A DNA stretch of 64,000 nt from Octopus vulgaris (lineage: Eukaryota): positions 37,386,001-37,450,000 of the forward strand of contig OX597824.1 of NCBI GenBank assembly GCA_951406725.2, in the 5' to 3' direction. Of the stretch, positions 13,201 to 26,772 are shown piece by piece (the first letter of the stretch is position 1; every line of letters begins with the position of its first letter). The notes beneath the pieces were generated by a model. That model was given only the letters and a program-made list of their open reading frames with translations. It was not told the origin of the DNA and made no database searches. Both the position numbers and the translations under genes were made by a program.

Positions 13201-14171
13201 CATATATATATATATATATATATATTCACAGATATGTAAGTATGTATGTATTGATTGATTCTAGTTTCAGCTCATAAGCTGTGGCCATGCTGGGGCACCG
13301 CCATTATTTATGCATATATATATATATATTATTTATATTGTTATGTGATTGAACGCCATGCATTCATTTCCAAGTAGGTTTATCTATCTCTCTCTCTATA
13401 TAAGTATATGTATGAGAAATTATGACAAACACAAGTTCATATCATTTGTTCCAACATACATTTCACTATTGTGGTTGCTTACAAAGTCAATACAACATGC
13501 TTAGCCATAAAAGATCAGCATTCTGTCCTAATAATGCTACAAAGTATTGTATTATTTATATTGTTATTTTAATTGTTTAATTGACAACAATTTCAATGAT
13601 ACAGAAGTTGTTGACAACAACAATTACCACATAGATAAAAACTGATATGCTTTTGCCCTAGATAAACAAATTCTACTACTTGTATTACAGGTTTTAATTA
13701 CCGTGCCTTAGTCTGTCTCTAGTTACTAAATCATGCCAAGATCTTCTTTTTGCATTTGATATCTAAAGGCTGGCAATATCATCTGCATGATTCAAGTAAA
13801 AGACCCTTATAAAAAACCCAGTATTATTTCGTTCAGTTTTTAAAATAATTTTAGCCAGAACAATAAAGAAATGAATAAGCAACATAATGTCTCTTTGTTT
13901 AAGCCCATTATGTCCACAGACATACATGTAATATATATTTAGTTTCAAAGAAACTGATCCTCCTTTTCGACCAACAAAGGTGACTAAGGCAAAAATTTGA
14001 GGTCACTGTCAACCTTTACACTGTAAGCACAAATGTTGCTCCACTGAAAGATATTAACATTTGACTTCTTTTATACATATAACTGTATGTATGTATACAT
14101 ACCTGTATATGCATATGTGTATATATATATGTGTGTGTGTGTGTATATATATATATGTATATATACATATT

Positions 14172-14537
14172 CTTTTTACTTGTTTCTGTCATTTGAGTGG
14201 CCATGCTGGAGCACCACCTTGAAGGGTTTTTTAGTTGAACAAACTGACCCAGGACTTATTTCTTAAGCCTAGTACTTATTCTATTAGTCTCTTTTGCCGA
14301 ATTGCTAGGTCACAGAGACATAAACACACCAACACCAGATGTCAAGCAGTGATGGGGGACAAACACACACACACACAATGGACTTCTTACAGTTTGTCTA
14401 CCAAATCCACTCACCAAGCTTTGGTTGGCCCAAGGCTACAGTAGAAGTCATTTGCCAAGGTGCCACACAGTGGAACTGAATCTGAAACCATGTAGTTAGG
14501 AAGCAAACTTTTTACCACACAGCAAGACCTGTGCCTA
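14172..14537 (-). mobile_element. SINE family A, diverged copy
   Basis: Colinear with the other family A copies. Confidence 0.8.
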
Positions 14538-14768
14538 TAAACTAATATACTGTCTTCTGGCAATTTATTTAATGTTTTTATGAGGGACTCATCATAAATA
14601 ATTTTTTTATAGAAAATTCATACCTTTTATATATATATATGTGAGATTCCTTCTTTATCACTTTACTCTCACCAAACAAGCCTCCAAAAATTAACCACAC
14701 ACACAAGCTTACCTGCACATACATATACACACATATATATAGATTCTTGTACTACATATATACATATT

Positions 14769-14999
14769 TTGTCAGAAAACAACACAGCTCCCATGACTTT
14801 TGGAAACATTTTTTCACGCTCAGAGTTGCTGAAGCATGGAATAAACTGCCTGCGTCAGTTGTTGACTGCCATGACACTGCATCCTTTAAGGCCCACATGC
14901 TTTCCGAAATCCGCCAAAACTACACCTGATTATATATACACTTTAGATGAGTTGTAGTGCACCTGAGCACTGTACACAATTATTATTATTATTATTATT
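14769..14999 (+). mobile_element. CR1/L2-like LINE 3' end with (ATT)n tail
   Basis: FFTLRVAEAWNKLPASVV...SFK is the conserved C-terminal FF..RV...WN.LP motif of CR1/L2 ORF2. Confidence 0.8.
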
Positions 15000-15026
15000 T
15001 AATATCTGAATCTTATCTGTTGACTA

Positions 15027-15335
<309 letters not shown>

Positions 15336-15690
15336 TATTATATCGTATTATGTTATATTATATTAATCAAAAGGTACAGTATTATATAGTTATTAAACCC
15401 AATCTTATCAATCAGTTTCATGCTTGGGGTCCAACGGCATTTTAGGGTAACAGCCTGATTATGTAATCCTGTGCTCTTCAGGCGGTTATAGAATGGCATA
15501 TGGCACAGGGTTATATAAGCAGGTTGTTACCTAACACTGTTGAACCCCTAACACCAAACTGATTTGTAAGATCAGCTGTAATAGATATGTAATATTGTTC
15601 ACTTTATTTAATATACCTGCTCTACTGACAAATATATGAGTGTATATTTTTGGGGGACTTATGGGATTCTTAGATGACTCTATGTGCATA

Positions 15691-16075
15691 CTCTTTTACT
15701 TGTTTCAGTCATTTGACTGTGGCCATGCAGGAGCACCGCCTTTAGTCGAGCAAATCGACCTCGGCACTTATTCTTTGTAAGCCCAGTACTTATTCTATCG
15801 GTCTCTTTTGCAGAACCGCTAAGTGACGGGGACGTAAACACACCAGCATCGGTTGTCAAGCAATGCTAGGGGGACAAACACACACACATATATATATATA
15901 TACATATATACGACAGGCTTCTTTCAGTTTCCGTCTACCAAATCCACTCACAAGGCATTGGTCGGCCCGGGGCTATAGCAGAAGACACTTGCCCAAGATG
16001 CCACGCAGTGGGACTGAACCCGGGACCATGTGGTTGGTAAACAAGCTACTTACCACACAGCCACTCCTGCGCCTA
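15691..16075 (-). mobile_element. SINE family A, young full-length copy
   Basis: Near-identical to 17092-17490(-) and 19408-19830(+). Confidence 0.9.
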
Positions 16076-17091
16076 TATATATATTGTTAATATTTTTTTT
16101 TTATGTTGAATTATAATATAAACAATTTTACATTAATTAGATGGATTACTCAATACATTTATAGAGTACAAATTTATTATTTTTAAACAAGAATATGGTT
16201 TGACAGTGACTTCAAAATTCAGTTGAATCATCATTGGACTGCGACGCATTGAAGTTTATCTTGGCTGTATATGGTCTCTGTCTTGTTAAAATCTTTCTCG
16301 GCTGTGTGGGTTTGAGTGGTGTTGTAATTTGGGTTTTTTAGTGTGGATTGTTATGGGGAAATTTTTTTGGAGAAATTATTATTGACTAAATTTGGGATTA
16401 TATTATTGTTTATAACTTATTCATGTATGTAGAACTTTGTAGTCAAGTGTGTAGGCATGTCCTTTTTGTTAGATAAGCTCAGGATGTGTCAGTAGTTTTT
16501 GTTGATTTTGTTTTATTGAATTTAATCCTTTGCTTTGACAATGTAAAGACCATATGTTCAAAGTCCAGTATTTAAGCTCTTAGTAAATGGGTATGTGAAC
16601 TTTTTTGTGTGTGTGGGTTTGAGTGGAGTGGTAATTAGGGATTTTTAGGGTGGATTGTTATGGAGAGGTATTGTGTAGAAACTTGCACACTAAATGTGTC
16701 AATAACCTTGTTTAAGAATAATCTTTATACTTTGTTTCTGTTGTGAGATTCTGGCCATGCTGGGGCATCACCTTGAAGAATATTTAGTAAGACAAATTAA
16801 CATGTGTGTGTGTGTGTGTAAACAACCAATATTAGGTTGATGAGATCATAAACAGAAAGCTGTGGCACTGAGGGAACTGAAAGTGACCCTGAACAACAGC
16901 CACAGGGGGTTGATGACAACATCTCTCTTCATGAAGTCTCCTGAATTCAGTTTGAAAGTGCTCTACTTCGTCATCATATACAATCTTCCATGTAACATTG
17001 ATAAGAAAATTATAGACACCTTCATATCCAACATAAAAACACATTCTGCATTACCTATCAGGAATAACACGTATCTTTTTTTTTTTTTTTT

Positions 17092-17279
17092 TCTTTTACT
17101 TGTTTCAGTCATATGACTGCGGCCATGCTGGAGCACCGCCTTTAGAAGAGCAAATCGACCCTGGGACTTATTCTTTGTAAGACCAGTACTTATTCTATCG
17201 GTCTCTTTTTGCCGAACCGCTAAGTGACGGGGGACGTAATCACACCAGCATTGGTTGTCAAGCAATGCTACGGGGACAA

Positions 17280-17326
<47 letters not shown>

Positions 17327-17490
17327 CATATATACGACAGGCTTCTTTCAGTTTCCATCTACTAAATCCACTCACAAGGCATTGGTCGGCCCGGGGCTAT
17401 AGCAGAAGACACTTGCCCAAGATGCCACGCAGTGGGACTGAACCCGGAACCATGTGGTTGGTTAGCAAGCTACTTACCACACAGCCACTC
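17092..17490 (-). mobile_element. SINE family A
   Basis: Near-identical to 15691-16075. Confidence 0.9.
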
Positions 17491-18000
17491 AATAAGAAAA
17501 AGAAAAAAATTTTCTGCTTCAGTTCATCCATCAACCTACAAATCTCAAAACTAGTAACCAACCTATTTTAACTCCTTTAAAAGCACTTCCACCCTAATGA
17601 TAAGTACCACATGTTGATAAACACAATGTTAAAAAATCTTCTACAGCTAACAACTTTGAAAAACTATCTACCATTGTCTAAATAGGAAATCCAAACATCC
17701 ATATTCCAATCTGCTGCAACTGTAACAATCCCTCACCTTGTCTTCTAAACAGAAACTGCCTTATTAGTAACATAATATATAGTGCATTGGTAACCACCAG
17801 TATCACAACATTAAATTTAATCTCATATATATATGTATATTTAACTCCTCAAAATTTCAAAACAAGATGCCGCATGCTTACATTTTGTAACCTAACAGAA
17901 AGAGAAATGAGACCTCACTCTAAAAGATATATGCTCATTAAAATCCAAAACACCCCTTGTAGCATGAATTGGAAACTACTGACTTCCACACAACTATACC

Positions 18001-18233
18001 TATTTCTTTACTACCCACAAGGAGTCAAACACAGAGAGAACAAACAAGGACAGACAAACGGATTAAGTTGATTATATCGACCCCAGTGTGTAACTGGTAC
18101 TTATTTAATTGACCCCGAAAGAATGAAAGGCAAAATCGATCTCGGCAGAATTTGAACTCAGAATGTAGCGGCAGACGAAATACTGCTAAGCATTTCACCC
18201 GGCGTGCTAATGTTTCAGCCAGCTCACCGCCTT
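18001..18233 (-). mobile_element. SINE family B with 15-bp TSD
   Basis: Flanked by CCACACAACTATACC (17986-18000) and CCACACAACCATACC (18234-18248). Confidence 0.9.
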
Positions 18234-18754
18234 CCACACAACCATACCAAGCAGTCAGTAAACTTAACCTGCTTTTTACTGCTAAACCTTTCAAATTTTA
18301 TTCTCTAAAATTAAACTTCTGAACTAATTACTGATCACTTCCTGTAAATATGAAATCATTAAATGTAAGACATAATAAACCTGTAAATTTCTCATATTAC
18401 TAATTGTGATAACCACCTTCTTCCTCCTAAAAATACACTTAGTCACTATAAAAAAACCTATCCTAACACCTAATGCATATGTATTTATATGTATCTATGT
18501 GTCTGAGCAATTCACACTCATAGATGCATGTACGTCTGAGTGCATATATGTTCGTGTATGTATGTATGTATGAATGCATATATACATACATACATATATA
18601 TATATATATATGATAATATAAATAATATATAAATATATACATACATATATGTACATACCTACATATATATGTATATATACATGTATATATAGGTACAGCA
18701 CATCAAAAAAAAAACCTTGAACACAATGAGAAACGGAAACATAAAAACAACATT

Positions 18755-19400
18755 ATTTAAAGTCTTCCTGTAAGGAAAGAGTGGATCTCTAACAAAGTAT
18801 CGAGTTCCATCATTGGAATATAGATAACAAAAACAATGTCACATTTTAAACATATTTTTACTGTTCCCATCACAGAGTGTATTTGCAATGTGTGTGTTAG
18901 CTGGTTGATTTCATTTTCTGAAAACCCTAGCTTATCCACATTGTCACTTAGGCATTTACTCACTAAAGCAAGTCTACCGACTATTATGGGTATAAAAATG
19001 AATTTATAACTTGTGTGTCGAAGCTGAAGGTTTCAAATCACCTGTCCATAGTTGTCCTATTTCTCTTTAATTTTTGAAAAGTTATTCACATCAGTAGGAC
19101 AACTGACCTTTATGATATTATATACTTTTTTCTCGTTTGTTCAAATAACAATATCCAGCCTGTTATATTTGCATTTTGTAGAAGTTTTGATGGGAATGTT
19201 TGACCAGTATTACTTGTTGATGCTTATGTATGTATTCGATAACGGGGATGAATGTCTCTATATTTATACCAGGGCAATCTTTTTTTGATTGGCTTTGGAT
19301 ATTGTTTTGGTAACAATGTCATGTCAGATAGAGATGTAATACTTTGATGACACTTTTGGGCTGCTGCTAATCACATGCGTGATGTTTTGCACAAAAATGC
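18755..19400 (-). mobile_element. R4/Dong-like (restriction-like endonuclease) non-LTR retrotransposon 3' fragment
   Basis: The minus strand reads HVISSSPKVSSKYYISI*HDIVT...KYNRLDIVI*...IKVSCPTD.N...KEK..NY...FIPIIVG. These are decayed CCHC/RHD and PD..E..P motifs of an RLE domain. Confidence 0.7.
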
Positions 19401-19407
19401 TACATAT

Positions 19408-19573
19408 AGGTGCAGGAGTGGCTGTGTGGTAAGTAGCTTGCTTACCAACCACATGGTTCCGGGTTCAGTCCCACTGCGTGGCATCTTGGGCAAGTGTCTT
19501 CTGCTATAGCCTCGGGCCAACCAATGCCTTGTGAGTGGATTTGGTAGACAGAAACTGAAAGAAGCCTGTCGTA

Positions 19574-19626
<53 letters not shown>

Positions 19627-19830
19627 ATGTTTGTATGTCTGTGTTTGTCCCCGTAGCATTGCTTGACAACCGATGCTGGTGTGTTTACGTCCCCGTCACT
19701 TAGCAGTTCTGCAAAAGAGACCGATAGAATAAGTACTGGGCTTACAAAGAATAAGTCCCGGGGTCGATTTGCTCTACTAAAGGCGGTGCTCCAGCATGGC
19801 CGCAGTCAAATAACTGAAACCAGTAAAAGA
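19408..19830 (+). mobile_element. SINE family A, full-length
   Basis: A/B boxes, internal (TA)n and LINE-like tail. Confidence 0.9.
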
Positions 19831-20454
19831 GGAAGAGAGAGAGGGAATATATAGTTGCATCTTGAATGCAACATTTATAATTGCATCTTGGATGCTCCAA
19901 TGCTTTCACTGTCTCTTTTGTTCACGGCTCACAATTGTAAGGTTGTGAGTTCAACACCAGGTGGCACATTGTCCTTCAGCAAGATGCTTTATATCACACA
20001 TTGCTCCAATCCACTCAGCTTACAAAAATGAGATGTCACATTCTGTGTCCCTCTGAATATCTCTGAGAACTATGTTTAGGGTATGTGTGTCTGTGGAGTG
20101 CTCAACCACTTGCAAGTTAATTTCATGAGCAGGCTGTTCCATTGATCAGATCAATTGGAACTCTTGTCATTGCAACCAACAGAGTGCCAGTTTTAGGGGC
20201 TTTGTTTTTTTTTTATAAGGTATTTTGTAGCAATTTCCTGTCCTTAGATAGCCTGTGAAGTGTGATATATTGTTTTGGTCCTAAGTCCATGAGAGGCTGA
20301 ATGTATATATACATGTATGTAAGTATGTACATATGTATATGCATGCATGTCTGTATAAACATATAGATATAGATACGTACGCACACACATACATGCATAC
20401 ACACACATGCATACATATACATATATAGATACATTCATACTTACAACATATATC

Positions 20455-21866
20455 AGACGAAGTTTAAGGTGTGGAAGCAAGGTCTAGAATCAAAGGGCCT
20501 TTGGGTTAACCTAGCAAAAACCAAAGTCTTAGTAAGTAGGAAGGCTGACAATTCACAAATGCCTTCACGTAGATAGCCCTGCTCGATCTGTAGAAAAGGT
20601 GTAGGTAGAAACTCCATACAATGTATCCAGTGAAAGCTATGGACAGATAAAAGGTGCAGCAATATCAAAAGGAGGTTAACTGGAAAGATAGTTTTTGTGT
20701 GTGGCAGATGCACAGGGTTAATAAACACTGAAGATGTACAGAAAACAGATTCCATCACATGCCAGGGGGAAAAACTAGAAGTAGTTAATAGTTTCCGCTA
20801 TGTAGGCGACCAAGTCTGTAGTTGGGGTGATTGCTCTGATAGTGTAGCGGCTAGAATAAGAATACCCTGGGCAAAGTTCAGGGAGCTCCTACCTCTGCAG
20901 GCAACTAAGGTCCTCTCGCTCAGGATGAAAGATAGATTGTATGATGCATGTGTGCGAACTGCCATGCTATACAGCAGTGAAACATGGACCATGACTGCTG
21001 AGGACATGCGTAGGCTTGAAAGAAACGAAGCTAGTAGAATGAGTGTAAACGCCTTGAGAGAAAAGTTGGACATAAGAATCATCAAATGTGGTGTGCAAGA
21101 GAGACGACTGCGCTGGTATGGTCATGTACTATGTATGGATGAAGACAGCTGTGCGAGGAAGTGCCACTCCCTAACTGTGGAAGGAACATGTAGAAGAGGT
21201 AGACCCAAGAAGACATGGGATGAGGTGGTGAAGAATGACCTTGGAACATTGGGCCTCACAGAGGCAATGACAGGAGACCAAGACCTTTGGAGATATGCTA
21301 TGATTGAGAAGACCCAGCAACTAAAGTGAGATCACAGCCGTAGCTGAAGCCAGTGTCCAACCCATTTAAGAGTACTCTTGATGCGTCAGGCGATATAATA
21401 TGCTTGAGAAGACCTGATGAGTCAAGTAAAACAAAAATTGTAGCTGTGGCTAGTGTCCCTTGACTGGCTCCCATTCTAGTGGCATGTAAAATGCATCATC
21501 CAAACATGGTCGATGCCAGTGTTCCCTGACTGGCTCCCATGCTGGTGGTATGTAAAAAGCACTATCCGAACGTGGTCGATGCCAGGTCCGCCTGACTGGC
21601 TCCCATACTGGTGGCATGTAAAAAGCACAATCTGAACGTGATTGATGCCAGGTCTGCCTGACTGACTCCTGTGCTGGTGGCATATAAAGCACCCTCTACA
21701 CTCTCGGAGTGATTGGCGTTAGGAAGAGCATCCAGCTATAGAAACATCACCAGATCAGATTGGAGCCTCGTGCAGCCACTGGCTCTCCAGACCTCAGTCA
21801 AACTGTCCAACCCATGCCAGCATGAAAAACGGACATTAAACAATGATAATGATGGTGATGATGATA
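20455..21866 (+). mobile_element. RTE-like LINE, 5'-truncated
   Basis: ORF 20697-21329 (FRYVGD...WAKFRELLP...LYSSETW...RRLRWYGHV...RGRPKKTW). The 3' UTR has ~66-bp repeats and a (GAT)n tail. Confidence 0.92.
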
Positions 21867-21889
21867 TACATATATATATATATATATAT

Positions 21890-22113
21890 CTTATTTTTTT
21901 ATTGCCCACAAGGGGCTAAACACAGAGGAGACAAACAAAGGGATTAAGTCGATTACATCGACCCCAGTGCGTAACTGGTACTTAATTTCTCGATCCCGAA
22001 AGGATGAAAGGCAAAGTGGACCATGGCAGAATTTGAACTCAGAACGTAGCGGCAGACGAAATACAGCTAAGCGTTTCACCCGGCGTGCTAACGTTTCTGC
22101 CAGCTCGCTGCCA
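21890..22113 (-). mobile_element. SINE family B
   Basis: Reverse complement of the family B consensus. Confidence 0.88.
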
Positions 22114-22493
22114 TATATATATCTTGATGTATAAAATCCGTTCCATCTGTCTGTCTGTTTGTCATGGATACATGAAGAGAGAAGCTAGATGAGATTTTCT
22201 CAACATCAGCAAATGTATGTTGCAGCACTTAATGCTGGATCATTAAATCAATGTTTTAATGATTAGACAGAGGTCCAATAGAATAGCTCTCACAAACAGA
22301 CTACGTACAAATTTGTTCTTCATAACTCCTGAAGCTGTTTTCAGATATGATCCATCCCATTCTTATAAAAATAATAATTCTGTCCAAATTGGCACCATAA
22401 TCGTTTGTGCATTTCTACTGCTTTTAGTTTTTTTTTTCCTGTTTTTCAGCTACTATTTTCGGAAAGACTTCCCCCCTACCCCTCCAATTTCTT

Positions 22494-22843
22494 CCCTAAA
22501 ACCTTGACCTTAATCCTAAAACCCTAACCCTTAAAGCTAAAACCAGTACAAACGCACGAACGATGTCATAAATAACAGTGATAAACGAAATATACACCGC
22601 CGATAGTTGTTGTTGACAAACAACAGCAGTAATTTTATTCAACTGAATACACGTCATTGATTGGTTGGAATTACCGAAATACGACAACTTTAACACGAAA
22701 TAACTGCGTAAATACAAACTTTTCTCAAAAACGCTAAGAGTAAAAGATGTTTTATATGACACATTCTACCAGTGTCCGAAGTTTGAAAGTGTTTAGTTAC
22801 AAAAATTTATTTTCTAAATCTGCTGGTCAAAACGTAAAGATCC
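22494..22843. mobile_element. Single arm of the GGATC-ended foldback element, with CCCTAA-like repeats
   Basis: Reverse complement of 26109-26440; ends ...GTAAAGATCC. Confidence 0.85.
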
Positions 22844-24010
22844 GAAGAATTTTTAGTCGAATATATCGATGCCAGAATTTTTTATTTCCTTTTTACTTGT
22901 TGCAGTTATTAGACCACGGCCATACTGGGGTACCACTTTGAAGAATTTTTAGATAACTGTATGGAACCCAGATTTTTTTTTAAGCCAGGTCAAACCCACC
23001 TCTGTGATACATTTCGCATTTTTTTTTTCCTTTGTACTTGTTGAATCATTAGTCTGCGGCCATGCTAGGGTGCCGCATTGAAAGATTTTTAGTCGACTGT
23101 ATCAACCCACCAATTTTTTTTAGTTGATTTTCAACCAGCACATGAAGTTAAGCCTAGATGGTCTCTCCACATGCTAGAAATAACAGCCAAATCTCTTGAA
23201 TTTTTTTCTATGATTTCACGTAAACGAAAACGGAAATCGTGATTGTAAAAAACTTTCATTTTCCAAAATTTTAATTTTTAAGTAAACAAAAATATATTCA
23301 ACCGAAAATAAATAAATAGAACTGAATAACAGAACACAAGACTCTTTTACTACTCATCTGAATTCTAACAAAAGGAAAGCGATAAGAAGTACATCTGAAC
23401 GACTAACCTTCGGTGCTATAATTCTGTTAGACCTTCAACGACTGGAGAAAGTTCAAAAAGTCAGCTCATTCTCATTAATCTCTAAGTGCAGAGAGAAGAA
23501 AATAAAAGACTTTAAATTTAAATTTTAAAGTGCTGATTTTTCTGCGACTAAAAATTCTTCTATGTGGTGCCCCAGCATCGCCGTAAGTCAAATGACTGAG
23601 ACAAGTAAAAAAAATTCGACTAAAAATTCCCCAATGCGTAGCCCCAGCATGGCATTAGTCCAATGACTGAAACAACTAAAAGATTTTTAGAGAATAAAAA
23701 AAAAAACGAAAAATAACCAAAAAATATAACCGAGAAGTGAGCTTTGTCCGCTTTCGCACTTTAACTAAGGGGGTTCTGTCCGGGGAAGAAGCGCTGAGGA
23801 GGTTTTGTCTTAGTGGGCTTTTCTCCAGGTCCCACCTATACTAGTATTAAGCCTGTTTTTATATTTCTTTTGAAAATAAACTTTGTAATAAAATTCGAAT
23901 ATAACCCAAGCAAACATTGTGGCGAAAATAAACTTTGTTTTTACCCTGAGAGAAACATTCCCATGAACAGAAAAATAAATTCAGGTTTTACGACGTAACT
24001 TCACTAAAGA

Positions 24011-24861
24011 CATTTCATTAAACTTTTGTTGCTCACCAAATTATTTATGCCAGCACCTGGTAATATAAAATGACTATGATTAAATATAATCGACGGTTAC
24101 AAATGTAATTAAAGTCTCGTTGCTTAAATAGTTATGCCAGATATTGTACCGTTTCTATTTATGGCAGAATCCTCTGGTTGTTTTTTCTGCTCTTTTTATT
24201 TTGTTTTATTTCCAGACGTTAAAAGTTTCATTTTTCTATTTTCATCGTCATTGAATTTTATGACGTGCATATCTGAATGCGTGTTGCAAAATATTGATGT
24301 CATAGTAGTACAAAGAGGCCTACCCGTCTATATACACAACACTCAGCTAGCTGGGTTTTTTACAAAGCTTCTATAGGTTGCTATAGAAAGAGGTCACCAA
24401 GGCGGCGAGCTGGCAGAAAAGTTAGCACGACGGGCGAAATGCGCAGCCGTATTACGTCTGCCGTTACGTTCTGTGTTCAAATTACTCCGACGTCGACCTT
24501 GCCTTTCATCTTTTCGGGGTCGATAAATTAAGTACCAGTTACGCACTGAGGTCGATATAATCGACTTAATCCGTTTGTTTGTCCCCTCTGTGTTTAGCCC
24601 CTTGGGTGTAGTAAAGAAATATATAGAAAGAGGTCATTCAGAGGGAAAGCTTTGATTGCTTGTGTCCTCTCCCATACCTTGTGCCCTATGCAAGATATTA
24701 AATGCCTGTTATAGAGCAAAGCTATCAATATTTTCTTTTGGAGAATAAATTATTAAACTCTTGTTACATTAATGTTTATTTACACTATAATGAAAGGAAG
24801 TAACGACACTGCAGGCTGTAGTCAATATTAAAGCTACGAGATATGACTAAATAAAACTTGT
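24011..24861. repeat. Copy 1 of a local duplication (copy 2 at 30055-30686)
   Basis: Colinear from catttcattaaactt to gactaaataaaacttgt. Copy 1 additionally carries a SINE. Confidence 0.9.
24397..24621 (+). mobile_element. SINE family B with 15-bp TSD
   Basis: TATAGAAAGAGGTCA occurs at 24382-24396 and 24622-24636, with a single copy at the paralogous empty site 30391-30405. Confidence 0.95.
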
Positions 24862-25319
24862 CATGTTTCTATGCTTAGATCAAAATTTTCTCTTCGGAAC
24901 TTTAACAATAGAAATGCATTGAAACAAGGCTAGAAGTTTTAAGTGAAATTAATTCATATGAGATTTGGTACACCATGTAATTATTATCGAATATTTATTT
25001 CAATATTTCCACCAGCATACGATTACTTCAGGATAATGATAAACACATCGAGCTATACAGATATAAGATTACTCAATTTAACAGGAAATATATATTCACT
25101 AGTATATCCGTGTCATCAAAAATGCAGACATTTATATTAATGATACAAAATGGCGCATCAGTACAACGCGAGAAGCTATTGATAAATGTCAGCTATATAG
25201 TAAACATCCGTACATACACAGAATTGATGCACTTGATGAACCAAATACGCTTGTAACGTCTCGGGTGAAAATATCGCCCACATGATACATGTATGTGCGT
25301 GTGTGCATATTGCTTTCTT

Positions 25320-25850
25320 TTACTTTCTTTTACTTGTTTCAGTCATTTGACTGCGGCCATGCTGGAGCACCGCATTTAGTCGAGCAAATCGACCCCAGGA
25401 CTTATTCTTTGTAAGCCTAGTACTTATTCTATCAGTTTCTTTTGCCGAACCGCTAAGTTACGGGGACATAAACACACCAGCATCGGTTGTCAAGCGATGT
25501 TGGAGGGACAAACACAGACACACAAACACACACACACACATACACATATATACATACATATATACGACGGGCTTCCTTCAGTTTCTGTCTACCAGATCCA
25601 CTCACAAGGCTTTGGTCGGCGTGAGGCTATAGTAGAAGACACTTGTCCAAGGTGCCATGCAGTGGGAATGAACCCAGAACCATGTGGTTGGTAAGCACAT
25701 GGTTTATTTGTTTCAGTCATGACTGCAGCCATGCTGGAACTCCGCCTTTAGTCAAACAAATCGACCCCAGGATTTATCCTTTGTAAGTCTAGTGCTGATT
25801 CTATGGGTCTCTTTTGCCAAACTACTAAGTTATGGGGACATAAATAGGTC
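25320..25850 (-). mobile_element. SINE family A plus adjacent partial copy
   Basis: Family A match at 25320-25697; a second tail fragment at ~25705-25845. Confidence 0.85.
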
Positions 25851-26108
25851 ATGAACTCAAGTTGCTAGAAATAGCAGCCAAATCTTCCTGACATAAAGAA
25901 AAATGAAATTTCCGTCTTCAAAAAAAAGAAAAAAACAATAATGCAAGTTTATATTATTTTATAATGTTTGCTCAGGAATTCATTACTTCTAGAAAAGAAT
26001 AAAACAAAAAATGGTCATGGCTGGAATGCTTTTATTCACATCCATTACCATCAGAGCTATCCTGTTGTTAAAACAATATTCGGATCTTTTCAATTTCATG
26101 GCCAGATT

Positions 26109-26772
26109 GGATCTTTACGTTTTGACCGACAGATTTAAAAAATAATTTTTTGTAACTAAACACTTTCAATCTTCGGACACTGGTAGAATATGTCATGTAA
26201 AACATCTTTTAATCTTAGCGTTTTTGAGAAAAGTTTATATTTACGCAGTTATTTTGTGTTAAAGTTGTCGTATTTTGGTAATTTCAACCAATCAATAACG
26301 TGTATTTAGCTTAATAAAATTACTGCCGTTGTTTGTCAACAACAACTATCCGCAGTCTATATTTCGTTTGTCACTGTTATTTATGACATCGTTCGTGCGT
26401 TTGTACTGGTTTTAGCTTTAAGGTTTTAGGGTTAGGGTTGGGGTTTTGGGGTTAGGGTGTTAGGGTTGAGGTTTTAGGGTTAGGGTTAGGGTTGTCATAA
26501 ATAACAGTGACAAACGAAATATACACTGCCAGAAGTTGTTGTTGACAAACAACAGCAGTAATTTTATTCAGCTGAATACTCGTCAGTGATTGGTTGAAAT
26601 TACTGAAATACTACAACTTTAACATGAAATAACTTCCTCAATATAAGTTTTTCTCCAAAACGCTAAGAGTAAAAGATGTTTTATATGACACATTCTACCA
26701 GTGTCCAAAGTTTGAAAGTGTTTAGTTACAAAAAATTATTTTTGAAATCTGTTGGTCAAAAGGTAAAGATCC
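26109..26772. mobile_element. Foldback/MITE with ~280-bp TIRs, TTAGGG-like core and 8-bp TSD
   Basis: Termini GGATCTTTAC...GTAAAGATCC; arms 26109-26388 and 26493-26772; GCCAGATT at 26101-26108 and 26773-26780. Confidence 0.92.

Larger units (their letters stand above)
16170..18420. mobile_element. Degraded Penelope-like element (Naiad-like), rearranged and split by two SINEs
   Basis: The plus strand at ~17510-18300 has frameshifted remnants such as CCNCNNPSPCLLNRNCLISNIIYSA, FKTR, QNTPCSMNWKLL and PYQA, typical of the PLE GIY-YIG region. 16170-16720 looks like an inverted upstream part. Confidence 0.55.

Noticed and set aside
21405-21435. CTGATGAG/CTGTTGAG...GAAA motifs in RTE 3' UTRs as hammerheads (also ~27820)
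   Set aside because: No helix II pairing between the motifs and no helix I/III could be built.
21450-21700. Regularly spaced repeats with variable linkers resembling a CRISPR array (also 27880-28100, 29345-29570, 5450-5640)
   Set aside because: The linkers are mutually homologous, the arrays lie inside LINEs, the DNA is eukaryotic and there are no cas genes.
25146-25182. AAAATGGCG (YY1/start-like motif) as the first exon of another gene
   Set aside because: The ORF stops after 10 codons, with no supporting splice donor or downstream exons.
26424-26493. TTAGGG arrays as a chromosome end or fusion scar
   Set aside because: Short, degenerate and enclosed by transposon TIRs.
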